DNA from: Octopus vulgaris
Lineage: Eukaryota
Length of the DNA: 64,000 nucleotides
Reading direction: 5' to 3'
Assembly (NCBI GenBank): GCA_951406725.2
Contig: OX597823.1
Span: 104,346,001 to 104,410,000 of the forward strand
The position numbers were made by a program, and so were the translations under genes. The notes under the pieces were generated by a model. That model searched no databases, was not told where the DNA came from, and worked only from the letters and a program-made list of their open reading frames with translations. Shown here one piece after another: positions 1-13,433 of the stretch; the stretch's first letter is position 1; every line of letters starts with the position of its first letter.

Positions 1-222
1 GGGTAATTTAATTTAGTTCTGTATTTCTAATTAATTAAAAAAAATTATACCTATATTATTACCTTGTAACAAAGGGTCATATTCTGAATGGTTATGAGTA
101 TGTGAGAAAAAAGAAATTAGATAAAAAAAAAAGAGTGAGAGAGAGAGAGAAAGAAAAACAAACAAAACAAAAAATAAAATCAATATCAACAAATCAGGGC
201 AAAACCAAACAAAACACTTTTC

Positions 223-267
<45 letters not shown>

Positions 268-812
268 CATTCATCATCATCGTTTAACATCCATTTTCCA
301 TGCTGGCATGGGTTGGATGGTTTGACTGGGTTCTTTGCCTTTCATCCTTTCAAGGTCAATAAAATAAGTACCAGTTGAACACTGGGGTTGATGTAATCGA
401 CTCATCCCCTCCCCAAAATTGCTGCCCTTGTGGCAAAATTTGAAACCATTATTATGATTGCTGAGAGCTGGCAAAATCATTAGCATGGAGCACAAGATGC
501 TTAGCAGCATTTCATTTATCTTTGCATCCTAATTTCAAATACTGGCAAGGTCGACTTTGCCTTTCATCCTTTCAATTTATCAACTAGCATCTCTCCCAAA
601 ATTTCAAGCCTTATGCGTATAAGAGAAAGGATTATTATAATGATGACGAATGCAGTGAGTTGACAGAATCATCAGAGCATAGGATAAGAATAAATGAGTT
701 GTAGTATTTCTTCTGACTCATTTCGTTCTGAGTTCAAATTCGGATTTTCTTCATCCTTTTAGGGTCAAAAAAATAAGTAATTCATTTGCCCACCACTACC
801 ACCTCACATCAA

Positions 813-844
<32 letters not shown>

Positions 845-846
<2 letters not shown>

Positions 847-1410
847 TCAGATGCACTGATGCAGTACTAGACAGTGGCTCTCATGGCTTCTGATCTTAAC
901 TCATTGGAAGTGTTATCATGTACATTGTTTTGTCTTGGTATAAAAGATGGCCTACAGCAAATATTCTGCTCAATACCAGAGATTTGCTTGTCAGTTGTTT
1001 GACCATAACCAGTTGAGCATGTCTCTTAGTGGCTGACGATATGTACATCTCTGATCACAAGCAGAATTAGTTGGGGAGCATCATAGCCGTGTGTTGAAAG
1101 GAATTCTTAGAGGTTTAGATAATTCACCGTTGGAAACATGGGTGGTTCGTTCATCATCCTTAAACAATCCTTATTCAGGGACCTTTTGAGCGGGATGGGC
1201 TACTCAACCTGAAGAAAATTCTAACTGGGCCCCACCTGCAAGGTCATGCACTGTATATTTTGATATGAGATCACCATGTCGTGCACACATGGTTGTGATG
1301 CATGTGCTTGGTGTACCCTTATCAGACGAGTAGTCATGATGGGTATACTGGGCTTCGTATATTTCATCCCCGTGTCACTTTGATGGCATGCACTGCTCTC
1401 TCACTCGATC
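845..1410. mobile_element. Interspersed repeat inserted in a (TAA)n microsatellite (class uncertain)
   Basis: GC-elevated block bounded on both sides by TAA repeats; no recognisable coding motif. Confidence 0.4.
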
Positions 1411-1931
1411 ATAATAACAATAATAATAATAAGCAAAAATTGAAATACAATTTTCATACCAAAGATGCATAGAAACAATGACAAGGAGATCAGGTCTGGT
1501 TGCAAACTCTGGACCCAGGAAAATTTAGGAAAACTAATTTCTTTAGAAGATAGGAAAGCAAGGGAGACAACTAAAAATATAGGCGTTGTTATACACTCTG
1601 GGAATAGATTGTTTAAATCAGTGTCATTAATAAGCATCAAAAAACTATCTGCAAATAAATATCTGTGAACAGAAGATGGGCATTAAATAACGAAGATATG
1701 TGTACAACAGAGATATAAATATATAGACAGTTTTAATAAGCAAAAATGAAGATAGGACTCAACTGCTATCTGCGGAGTGGTCATGCTTGATATGCAGAAA
1801 AGGACTAAGTACCATATTTTCAGGAATACAAGTCAAATTCTTCAGACAAAAATCTGAACCAAAACTTCCATGTGAAATGCAACTGGATTTGGAGAGATAG
1901 TGACTATGTTTGAATGTTTACATATATATAT

Positions 1932-2243
1932 ATCACCGTGATCTCTGTGACCGACCAGGCTATCAGATGTTGCTACACATCGCTGGTCACAATGCGCTTT
2001 GCATTGTTTTAGCTTTCAAGTGACGCCACCCCGCTGGCTAAGCGAGCAGGCCAACAGAAGAAAGAGTGACAGGAAGTTGTGGCGAAGAAGTACAGCAGGG
2101 ATTGCCACCACCCCCTGCCGGTGCCTCGTGCAGCTTTAGGGATTTTCGCTCAATAAACACTCACAACGCCCAGTCTGGGAATCGAAACCGCGATCCTACA
2201 ACCGCGAGTCCGCTGCCCTAACCACTGGGCCATTGCGCCTCCA
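1932..2243 (-). mobile_element. tRNA-derived SINE
   Basis: Minus-strand head GGCGCAATGGCCCAGTGGTTAGGGCAGCGGACTCGCGG…GGTTTCGATTCCC with A and B boxes, followed by a ~240-bp body and an (AT)n tail. Confidence 0.8.
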
Positions 2244-2804
2244 CTTACACAATATATATGTCGACTTATATGCCGGAAAATATGGTAAGAATTCCATACA
2301 ACAGATGAACAAGTGGTGTAGTGGGATTACAGGCAGACCAGAAAGAAGGACCTTGTAGAAAACAGAGCTGTTAAATAAAAGAACAACCATGAAATATAAT
2401 TTTTCCTATGCTCAGGAGAATCCATGAAAATTTCCAAACAGTTTTTCTTACCAATGTGATCAAATGAGCAGTGGAGGTAGGTATTCCAAAAGTATACTAT
2501 ACAAAGTAAGAACATAGCAGAAAACATTTTGGGACCTTGTACCTCTTCAGGCAACAAAGGGATTCTCTCTTTATGCAAAAGGTCGATGGTATGATGTTTG
2601 TATATAAGATATTGGAAAACATTAAAATGCAAAGATTGGAAAGAAATGAAGAAAAACATGCTTTGGACAATATGTTAAGTTCCCATGCCGGAATAACAGA
2701 ACACAAACGAGTTGAGAGAAATACTAGATGTAAAAGAATCTGATGGAGATGGCAAGAGAGGTGATACTAGTGGTACAGATATGTAGTAAAGATATGAGAG
2801 TTAA

Positions 2805-2830
2805 TTAAAAACTACCAAACTGGAAAGAAC
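2805..2830 (-). CDS. Putative terminal coding exon 7 (GSFQFGSF*)
   Basis: Acceptor GTTTTCCTTATCTGCAG, phase 1 entry, TAA at 2807-2805. Very short, so the true last exon could lie elsewhere or beyond the window. Confidence 0.55.
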
Positions 2831-2851
2831 CTGCAGATAAGGAAAACATAT

Positions 2852-2882
<31 letters not shown>

Positions 2883-3084
2883 TGTGTGTGTGTGTGTGTG
2901 TGAGAGTGAGCATATATATATATATATATCATCATCATCATCAACGTTTAACGTCCGTTTTCCATGGGTTGGACGATTTGACTGAGGACTGGCGAACCAG
3001 ATGGCTGCACCAGGCTCCAATCTTGATCTGGCAGCGTTTCTACAGCTGGATGCCCTTCCTAACACCAACCACTCCGAGAGTGTA

Positions 3085-3155
<71 letters not shown>

Positions 3156-3862
3156 TGTATGTATATATGAATAATTCTGTATGTGTGTATGATTACATAT
3201 GTATGCATGTATGAGTAGGTGTGTGTATCCAGCTGTGTGTGGAAAAGTGCATGGCCACTAATGTATGCTTCCTGAAAGCACAGCTTATGAGTATCAATGG
3301 CTCACTGAATACAATGAGTGTATGCGAGAGGACAAAGATGAACATGTGATGATGTATAAATATGAAAATACACACGTGTACATAGGTATATACTAAGGTG
3401 TGTACATTAATCCAAGGCAATATATATACATTTAAAAATTCTATTTTATTCTTTTCTTTTTATATATTTATGTATTTTTATACACTAATCTCATTGCCAG
3501 CGTTCATCATCATCGTTTAACGTCCGTTTTCTGTGCTAGCATGGGTTGGACGGAATTAACAATCCAAAATATTACCTGTAGACAAATATGTACTTCGTGC
3601 ACGGAATTACAGTAATTAATACAGGTGTACTGAGTGATATGGAAACTGTTTGTGTTGATACAAGAACAGGTACTGGAAATGAATAGGTGCGCTCAAGAAT
3701 ATTTCAAAAATATGTTTATTCACCAGGAAGGTTTGCTGCCAATTCTTAGTCTGTGTATAAGTTACCTCCCTTTACTTATCTCCCTTTGATTTGCATTGTT
3801 CGAATTTCTGTCACTATGAGAGTGATCTCGCTTGTCCCATTTTAGCGTTACCTTAACGCAAG

Positions 3863-4330
3863 TGTTGTGTAGGAATATTCAAATATAATATACTGCCTAC
3901 CAAACTGTTTGTTGGTGTGGATCTCTAACAAGATGGCTGAGGAATTTTCAGAGGTCTGTTCGCTCTGAGGAAAAACGACTATGCACAGTGGTTAATGTAA
4001 GACCCAGTGGGAGATGGATGGATACAATATGGGAGGAAAGAATTGGGGAGACAAGCAAGACGAATGTACAAGCCAAGCACCGAGGAACAGGGGCCAAAGT
4101 TAATAGAGCATGACAGCATGATTGTAGGTTAGAGGCGAGTGCGTTTGTGTTTGGAATGTAAATGTGAGCATCAAATAGAGAGAGTATGAATAGGAAATTG
4201 AACACTGAGTGGTTTCCAGAGACTTGGAATATAGAGACTTATTCTTAAAAATAAATAAAGATTGATTCACACTAGTCCCAACAAAAAATAGGGGAAAGGG
4301 TTGCACTTCATTTGCCTTTGAAACACAACA
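3863..4330 (+). mobile_element. Candidate solo LTR
   Basis: Terminal inverted TGTTGTGT…ACACAACA, internal AATAAA near the 3' end; no TSD seen. Confidence 0.4.
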
Positions 4331-4634
4331 GTCGTCAATGATACTGGAAGGAAGAATTAAACAACTTCTTTTTTTGTTTTAGTGAGTGTGGGTAATAAAA
4401 CATTATAAATAGGGCATTGTTAGATGTGTTTATTGCAATGTTTCATCCCAACAAAAACTCGTTTAACTATATCAAACAAAAGAAAACAAACAAAGAAAGG
4501 ATGCTAGGCAAGGCAGCACTAATAACAGGAGTACTAGAAATCAAAACATCACCATAATTTAAATAGCTCATAACAGGCAATCCATTAGAAACATGCACAA
4601 AGATACTTGTTTAAATGTAGAATCAATTCTCTAC

Positions 4635-4697
4635 CTGCTGGTGGCGGTGGACATGAAGGTTGGCCATATGTAGAGCCATAATTCATTGGATATTGTG
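4635..4697 (-). CDS. Exon 6: Pro/Tyr-rich cytoplasmic segment (AQYPMNYGSTYGQPSCPPPPA)
   Basis: Acceptor TTCTAACATTATTGCAG with a CTAAC branch site, donor CAG|GTAGAG, 63 nt, phase 1-1. Confidence 0.82.
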
Positions 4698-7600
4698 CTG
4701 CAATAATGTTAGAATAAAGAGAAAAATATGCACAAAGCACCAATCTGGTTTGGAAGAAATTAAATAATTAAAGCAGAGAAAAATAGATTAAGAAAGAGGG
4801 AGAAAACATAACGGTCAGTTAATCATGACGAATGCAAGAAAAAGATATAAAAAGTAGAAACAGTAGAGGAAGCTGAAGGTTGTAGAAAGACTGTCGAATG
4901 AATAGTGATTTTCTTGTTATTCTGGAGATTAACTAAGATGGTGACTGTATTAAATGGTTAAACGGACACTGAGAGACTTGTGGAAGTATTAAAGCTATAT
5001 GTAAAACTTTGAATCGCACTTGAATAACATACCTATTCCCTAACCAATATTTATACTGTATCTATAAATGGACTACACTGGACTGCTCTGATTGGGTTTT
5101 TATAGTACCTTACTGATTGATTCTTAATCACAAAGAAGGCCACTGTTGGAATCTAAGATATTAGATATACTCTGAACAGCTGCACAACACAAGATATAAC
5201 TTGAACTGAAATACTAACTTCATTCATTAAAAACAAGATAGAAAGTTATCTTTAATGAAAGAGATATTAATGCTGCCGGAGACATTAAATATAAATGTCT
5301 CTGGTCAAACAGGCAAAATATTCTGATGTTTACAAGCTCCCAAAAAAGGAGAATATACCCAGAAGACATGGTCCATAATTCCTGAGACTGTAAGGATAAA
5401 GGAAGCTGACTGGGTGAGAGAATATAAAACCAGAAATAAGTGAAATTCTTAACGGTGAGTGTAGTTTGGGTCAATAACAATGAATTATAGAAGGATTAGA
5501 ATAACAAGTTTGAGATGTTTTTATCTCAAACTGATATAAATGCCAATTTGGTTCTAACCCAATTTTGGCATTGGTCTTAAAAATAACGGTTGTGTAGAAT
5601 AATGAATGAAGATTAAACATTTGAAGTCAGGTAGTAGCAAACAGTCTTCCCAAACCTAATAACAGTGTAGGATGTATGAGCTGCAATATGAAGAGGGTAG
5701 AAATTTCTCAGTCAGTGTTAGCAAGCAAGATATGCAAAAGTAATGACAAAGAAAAGAAAAATATTTTGAAATATTTGGATTTGATAAATGTTTTCCCAAA
5801 TTATTTTCGAAAAATATTTCTGATTTTTTAATTCTTCTAACATCAAAAAAAAAAGTGAGTGAAAATATAGTGTAATTTGAAGCTAGAAGTATTAGATTGA
5901 AAATCTATTTCTCTTAATCTAAATTATTTAATAGCATCAAGTAAGGTTATTGAAACATAAGAAATGAGATGATATGACAAGATAAAAAAGAAACAATGTT
6001 GTATCCAAGTCATTGAAACATGAAAGGAAATTGAATAGTGATTAATTGATAGTTTAATTACAAAGCGGGGCTTAATCAAATATTTAAATAATATTTTCTA
6101 ACTTTCCAACATTAGAAATAAACACAAGGATTATGAAAAATATTAGGGGTTAGCTAAGCCAAAATGTTTGGAGTCATGTAGCTTGCTTAGTCAAAGACTA
6201 AAATGTTAGCTAGTGCCAATATTCTTTAATAATCACGTACTGTAGATATATGTTGGAAATATTGTAAATAATCAGAGCTAAGTTTATAATGAAGAAGATA
6301 AGGAAAAGTTGTGTAGTCATTATGCAATAGATAACTACTGCTGTTTGTCACTGAAGGAAACAGTTTTAAAGAAGTGTTTTAATAATAAGGTTTAGCATTA
6401 GTACAAGATTAATTAGTGTTGTGCATGACCTTAGCTTTGATTGGGTTTTTTTAAGTTGAATTTACGAGCTTGTATTGTTGTGTTTATTAGTTTGTATTCT
6501 AAACAATTTCATTTTGTAAAGAGAAAGTTGGCGCTGGTTGAAGATCATATCAATAAAATGGCTGAGTTGAAGAAGAGAACAACATTTCATAAAGTGGTGA
6601 AAATGAAAGAATGACAGACATTTTAAGCAATAACATGAAATGCAGAGGGTAGAAGGTAGAGCAAGTGATGCATTGCAGAGGGTAAAATAATTTATGCCAA
6701 AGAAAATGTTTTTAATTTTCTAATCTTAAAAGTAGAAGAATTTTAATATTTCTCTTTCTTTAACTAACAGAGGTTTATCCAAGCAAAAACGTAGACAAAT
6801 GTTTAAAGAAATGAAAGATGCTACATATCTCATGAAGCTGTGATGTTACAGCTCTAGTTTTTTTTTTTAATTGTGATAAAATTTGAAAACATGTACATCT
6901 ATAATATTTTAAAATCTAGTTGAACTGTGTTTGCTTTTAAGTCACTGCTATAAATAAGAGGATATATAAATATATGCTGAATGGTAGGTGTTTAAAAGTT
7001 AAAACATTTGGCTGCCATAATACAGCATTACAATAAAAAAAATATCAAAGGCTTGTATTGACTGAAAAAAATTTTTTTTTAAATATACGTTGCTAAAAAT
7101 TCTGTGGTGTGGAAGCTGATACAAAAACATATATTATCTCAAATTATTGGTGACAAACGATACTTTTGAGATTAGTCACTGTCACTTCTATTAGTGAAAA
7201 AAAAAACCCTCAACTTCAGCTTACTATGACTAGTTCTCCTCAGAGTAACACACACACACACAAATATAAAAGCATGGAAGTCAAAATTTAATAGTTTTAG
7301 AGACTTTTTTTCTTTTCTTTCTGGCTTTGCTTTGTTTCTGCAAGTTTGTTGCAAATTTTCAATTACATTGCCACTCTCTAAAATTGATAATTGGTTTTGT
7401 GATAATCAACAGTGTCTTCAGTATAAAAGATTTTTCAAAAATCCAGGATAATCAAGTATGACACATATACTATGACATGCATGTATGCATATGCCCACAC
7501 ACACACACACACACACACACCAATGGATTTCAGTAACAGTGAAATAAAGGATATTAAAATATTAATCTGGAAACATTGTTTAAGGCCACTTAAGTTAAAA

Positions 7601-9520
7601 ATACAAATATAGTATATGAACTCATTAAAATATTAAGTGAAAGTACTTTTTTATCAAGATTCTGACTGTTTGACAATTAGAATTTTGAGTAAAGCAGATA
7701 AAATTAAATAAGTGGTACTGAGATTAAAAAATATGATCCTAGTAGAAATTATTGAAATAGAGGAAACAGAAATATATATACATGTATATATATAGAAGTA
7801 GTTCCTAACATGGGTGGTCATTACTCTATTTAGGTCATTGTGAAATCACAAGAGACCAGCAAACTTCAAGGAAGTACAATGGAAGTTGCTGGGTGTTTAG
7901 AGTAGTCTGAGTTTTCTTCAGAAATAATACATTTAAGCCAGGTACAATACTTAGTTTAAGTACATTAAAAAAAAGAAAAATATCTTTGCCATGATCTGAT
8001 GGATGACAATAAAGCACTGAGCAAAATTGGTTTCTTTTGATCAAAATAAGCCACTGGATTTTCCTTAGAGGAGTTGCTTTAAAAAATGTCAACCAATGAA
8101 GGAAAGCGCTGAGCTACAAATGACTGGGAACCAATAGCATATGGCATTTTCAAACAAATTTCAGCATCAGATAGAGAAAAGGTAAATAGAATTGCTATGA
8201 GAAGATAACATAAGAAAAAAGTTCACTCCACAAACTAAGTTATTTCCCTCATTTCTTCTGGCATAATTTTGTTCGCAAACACTTCACATAATAGGAAAGT
8301 TTTGCTATCAGAAAAGGGTCACCTTAAAAATATGGATATATAAAATATTATAATATAAATATAATTTATATATAAAAAAAAAGTAAATAGAACCTGAGTG
8401 CTGCTTAATTCAATGCTATAAAAAAAAAATTCTACATTCTTTCAGATGAGGTTATTCATAGATAAATTGCAAAATTATATCTTGAATGGAGATATTTCAG
8501 AGTCCATAACGTGTTATCTTTACCTCCATATTTAGATACAAATATTTCTCACACTCTTCAGGGACAAACTTAAGTACGCCATTTTAAATTTATTTAAAAA
8601 AAGAAAACTACCTAGAAAAAAATTATAGGTATTTCTATGCAGTATTTAAAAGTGCTTGCACTTGAGTAAAACAATTAAAATAGCTTGCACTCAAGTCAAG
8701 TGTATAAATTCTGGAAAACTGAGATGTAACATAAAAATGACTAAACTTAAAAGGCAGCACAGTAATTAAGCTAAATTAGAAGCTCTTTGTACATTTGGTA
8801 TCCTGTAAAATTGATTTGAATCAAACATCCCTTTCACTATGTCAAACAGAGTGAGTACAACAATCAGCCACTTTTTCACCATTCATCTTGAAATTTAAAC
8901 AAACAAAGAAAACAGTGACACTACTTTTTGGCTAATACTGTAGAAACTATGAAATTAAACTAGAGGACAAAATTAGGAAATATGCTGAGAAGAAATCATA
9001 ACTTTTTAGAAAAATTAAAGAACAGAAAGGAATAAGAAAAAGAAAACTTATTCTGAGTGGATATTTTTATCTTCCAGGTTAAGAGTTTCGATCAAAAAGA
9101 GACGAAAGAGAATTACTATTCTTAAAATGTAGAGAGAAAAAAACAAGGATAATGAATCCTAAAAACATATACACACACATATTTACATATATATCAACCA
9201 CAATTCTAACATAAAAATATATTTAGGTTGAGTATAAATGTTTAGGCAGTTTGGATCTGGAATCTGATAGAGTACAATCTTTCACCTCAGCCTTAATAAT
9301 GAAGCAAATTAATTTTCATTCAAATAGTTACTATAAATTATAAATTTTTTCCTCTCTTAAGCCGTTGCTTAAATTGAAAAATTTGTGGCTAAAAGAGAAA
9401 TGACGACTTGCTTCCTGGATGAATCACAATTCTTTTTCTTCACCCTTAGTAGATTTTATCTTGGAATTTTAAAAAGAAACCGTTTCAAGCTGTTAATATT
9501 AAGGAATTCATATTTCAAAC

Positions 9521-9649
9521 CTTGGTTGGGATCCATCACAGGGGGAGGCATCATTCCTGGATGTGGAGGATAACCCATAGGCATAGGCCCAGGTTGATGT
9601 GGTGGCATTGGAACTGGGGGTGGTCCCATTATAACTTCCTGTCCTTCAC
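9521..9649 (-). CDS. Exon 5: proline-rich cytoplasmic region (GEGQEVIMGPPPVPMPPHQPGPMPMGYPPHPGMMPPPVMDPNQ)
   Basis: Acceptor TTTGCTTTGTTGTGCAG, donor AAG|GTTTGA (weak), 129 nt, phase 1-1; GC-rich island in an AT-rich intron. Confidence 0.88.
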
Positions 9650-10794
9650 CTGCACAACAAAGCAAATTAAATCATGACAAACTATATATAAGGAAACTGG
9701 TGTGAAACATTATTCAATACAAATCAGAGCTAATTTCTCAAATGGCATTTTCTTCAAAATACACATATGTAGTTTAGGCAATAAATAAGTACAATTCACA
9801 ATCAATTCCAAGTTTTATTGTTTTGTTTCATTTTTTACAATAGATAATATGTATACTCGTCCTGAGCAAGACATTAAACTGCAGGCTTAGTAAGGCTCCA
9901 AATCGAGAGTACAAGAGTTTTGAAGAATATGGAGATACTTTAATCACTACTACTACTACTACTACTATCATGTCCAGTCATGTCTAGGGTAATAGTACAT
10001 GTCAAGGATTCTAGTTATGGATCAAATAGCAGATGGTTTTGAGACTAAGGCATACAGGACATTGAGGAGGGTTGGTCCCTGAACATGTCACTAAGGTCCT
10101 CCAGTGTGTCGTCATGCCATAGTGTCACATGAATTAGTCCTGCTGCCTCTTACTCTTCTGATATTTGAGGAGATGAATGGATGCATCCTACAGGGTAACA
10201 AAACTTTAAGTCATATGGAGCTACATATAAATATATTATACATTTATCTGTACAAATAAAAGAAAGGATGATTGTTGATTCACTCCTCTGTTTCTCAGAG
10301 TTACCAATATGAAATATTGCTCTTGTCATGAAAATCCACTTAACATGCCACAAATACACATGCATGTAACCTATATAGTAGATATATAAACAGAGTTAAT
10401 TTTGCTATTTCTTCAGAGACAGAAAAAAATGATGAAAAAATGAAATCGATTTTTGAACTTCAGAGGTGTCAACCTGACCGATTCCAAAGAAACAAGCAGC
10501 CAATCTGTTTATATACTCGACAATTTCAGTAACTGCAGAAAACTGGACCTACTAACTTACATACTGTATCAACACTTTATCTAATAACAGGGGCCTGTCA
10601 ATGCGGATCTTAGTCCACACAGTATCAAGATATATAATATATGCAACTCATCAGGTGGTGCTATTAAGTTAGACATGGCCTGGACCAATCTTTGGACGAA
10701 ATATATCTAAGTTTTGTAGAAGGCATCTCACTTTTTCCAACATATATTGGGAAAAAACCTAATAGACCAGTGTTTTCAAGGGAAAGCACTCTAT

Positions 10795-11340
10795 AGGTGC
10801 AGGCATGGCTGTGTGGTCAGAAGCTTGGTTCCTAACCACATGGTTCTGAGTTCAGTCCCATTGCATGGCCCATTACGTAACACCTTGGGCAAGTATCTTT
10901 TATTATAGCTTTGTGAGTTGATTTGGTACACATATGATGAGATTTGGTATATATAGTGAGCTTCTTTCATTTCCTTGTACCAAATCTATTATGCTAGATG
11001 TAGACTCCATATAGTCTGACCACTAAGAAAAGATTGTTCTCAAATTCAAATTTATATGTGTGTGTGTGTATGTATGTATATTTGTGTCTATCTGTGTGTG
11101 TCTTTGTGCCTGTGTTTAGCCCCCCCCCCCCCCCATCACCGCTTGACAACCAATGGTGTGTTTACTTCCTCATAAGCAAGGAGTTCAGCAAAAGAGACCA
11201 ATAGAATAAGTACTAGGCTTAAAAACTAAATCCTGGGATTTATTTGTTTCGTCCTGGGATTTATTTGTTTGATTAAAACCCTCCAAGGTGGTGCCGCAAC
11301 ACAGCAACAGTCAAATGACTGAAACAGGTAAAAGAATATA
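10795..11340 (+). mobile_element. tRNA-derived SINE with central (TA/TG)n; related copies at 33270-33440(-), 34985-35400(-), 40040-41310(+), 46190-46430(-), 47550-47715(-), 51180-51350(-), 55730-56085(+)
   Basis: Head GGCATGGCTGTGTGGT…GTTCAGTCCCA, CACCTTGGGCAAGT core, 3' part GCAAAAGAGACCAATAGAATAAGTACTAGGCTT…GTCAAATGACTGAAACA. Confidence 0.8.
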
Positions 11341-11700
11341 AGAAAATGGTATGTTTTCTCTCCTGGCTTCTCTGTTACTCTCATAGTCATAACTACAGTG
11401 ATTGACCTATTAGAAATCATAACAAACCATGTTGTTCTTAACGAAATGCATTCTAAAATAAATATATGGCCATTGAAACAAACGCCAGATTATCAGGACA
11501 TGTCCAGACTCAGACCAGAATAACCCAACAGTCATTGTCTGCCTTCCGAATGGATCTGGGCTTTGGTAATAAAGGTGAGCTGCATGTAATGGCTTACTAT
11601 GAATAACATCTATCGTCATGCTCAACTTACACATGTACATTCACCACGAGGTGGACATCATTCTCAGCCACAAAAGATAAAGGATTCTTCCCATATACAT

Positions 11701-11964
11701 ATATATATATATACACACACACATATATATATATACACACACACACATATATATATATATACACACACACACATATATATATATACACACACATATATAT
11801 ATATATACACACACACACATATATATATATACACACACACACACAGATATATATATACACACACACATATATATATATACACACACACATATATATACAC
11901 ACACATATATATATACACACACATATATATATATACACACACATATATATATATATACACACAC

Positions 11965-11995
<31 letters not shown>

Positions 11996-12005
11996 TATAT
12001 ATATA
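11701..12005. repeat. Compound (TA)n(CA)n microsatellite
   Basis: Directly visible alternating AT and AC tracts. Confidence 0.97.
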
Positions 12006-12171
12006 TCATCATCATCATCATCGTTTAACGTCCGTTTTCCGCGCTAGCACGGGTTGGACGGTTCGACCGGGGTCTGGGAAGCCAGGGGCTGCACCAGGCT
12101 CCAGTCTGATCTGGCAGAGTTTCTACAGCTGGATGCCCTTCCTAACGCCAACCACTCCGCGAGTGTAGTGG
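12006..12171 (-). mobile_element. RTE-type retroposon 3' end with (ATG)n tail; related copies at ~270, 2930, 3505, 13570-13910(+), 18960-19325(+), 22505-23030, 27650-27820(+), 30995-31660, 35960-36145, 38010-38400, 46435-47530, 50430-50710(+), 55030-55225(+), 56870-57060, 61670-61850
   Basis: Shared motif …GGCGTTAGGAAGGGCATCCAGCTGTAGAAA…CCAACCCATGCTAGCATGGAAAACGGACGTTAAACGATGATGATG; contiguous with RTE ORF2 remnants at 38400 and 54940. Confidence 0.8.
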
Positions 12172-13141
12172 GTGCTTTTTACGTGCCACCTGCACAATGC
12201 CAGGGGGTCCGGCATCGGCCACGATTGGTTGGAGCTTTTAACGTGCCACCGGCATGGAAGCCAGCTAAGGCGGCGCTGGCAACGGCCCCGTTCGGATGGT
12301 GCTTTTTATGTGCCACCGGCACAGAAGCCAGTCGGGGCGGGGCTGGCATCGGCCACGTTCAGGTGGTGCTTTTTATGTGCGACCGGCACAGGAGCCAGTC
12401 GGGGCAGCACTGGCATTGGCCACGTTCGGATGGTGCTTTTTATGTGCCATCGGCACGGAAGCCAGTCGGGGCGGGGCTGGCATCGGCCACGTTCGGATGG
12501 TGCTTTTTATGTGCCACTGGCACGGAAGTCAGCTAAGGCGGTGCTGGCAACGGCCACGTTCGGATGGTGCTTTTCATGTGCCACCGGCACAGAAGCCAGT
12601 CGGTGCGGGGCTGGCATCGGCCGCATTCGGATGGTGCTTTTTATGTGCCATCGGCACAGAAGCCAGTCGGGGCGGTGCTGGCATCGGCCACGTTCGGGTG
12701 GTGCTTTTTATGTGCGACCGGCACAGGAGCCAGTCGGGGCGGAGCTGGCTGGCATCGGCCACGTTCGGATGGTGCTATTTATGTGCCACTGGCACAGGAG
12801 CCAGTTGGGGTGGCGCTGGCATCAGCCACGTTTGGATGGTGCTTTTTATGTGCCACCGGCACAGAAGCCAGTCGGGGGCGGCGCTGGCATCGACCACGTT
12901 CAGATGGTGCTTTTTATGTGCCACCGGCACAGAAGCCAGTCGGAGCGGCGCTGGCATCGGCCACGTTCGGATGGTGCTTTTTATGTGCCACCGGCACAGA
13001 AGCCAGTCGGAGCGGCGCTGGCATCGGCTACGTTCGGATGGTGCTTTTATGTGCCACCGGCACAGAAGCCAGTTGGGGCGGCACTGGCATCGGCTACGTT
13101 CGGATGGTGCTTTTTATGTGCCACCGGTACAGAAGCCAGTC

Positions 13142-13143
<2 letters not shown>
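12172..13143. repeat. Tandem array of 15 units of 67 bp (minisatellite in an RTE-type 3' UTR/SINE body)
   Basis: GTGCTTTTTATGTGCCACCGGCAC recurs at 12299, 12366, 12433, 12500, 12567, 12634, 12701, 12772, 12839, 12907, 12974, 13041 and 13107, plus two diverged units at 12172 and 12231. Confidence 0.95.
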
Positions 13144-13188
<45 letters not shown>

Positions 13189-13433
13189 ATTATACATTTA
13201 TCTGTACAAATAAAAGAAAGGATGATTGTTGATTCGCTCCTCTGCTTATCAGTTACCTCCATGAAAAATTGCTCGTCAGACGATTTCATGAAATATATAC
13301 ATATATGTATGTATATGGGAAGAATCCTTTATCTTTTGTGGCTGAGAATGATGTCCACCTCGTGGTGAATGTACATGTGTAAGTTGAGCATGACAATAGA
13401 TGTTATTCATAGTAAGCCATTACATGCAGCTCA

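Noticed and set aside
2170-2243. tRNA gene
   Set aside because: The A and B boxes continue into a SINE body with no proper acceptor stem or terminator; SINE head.
2390-2790. Possible coding region (ORF 2537..2743)
   Set aside because: Looks like a very decayed retroelement remnant on the opposite strand; no motif could be firmly identified.
12172-13143. CRISPR-like regularly spaced repeats
   Set aside because: The 'spacers' are homologous to one another (whole 67-bp units repeat), there are no cas genes, and the context is a eukaryotic retroposon.
11599-13368. Long ORFs of 189-398 aa in several frames
   Set aside because: Products of microsatellite and of a stop-free 67-bp repeat cycling through frames; no splice or domain support.
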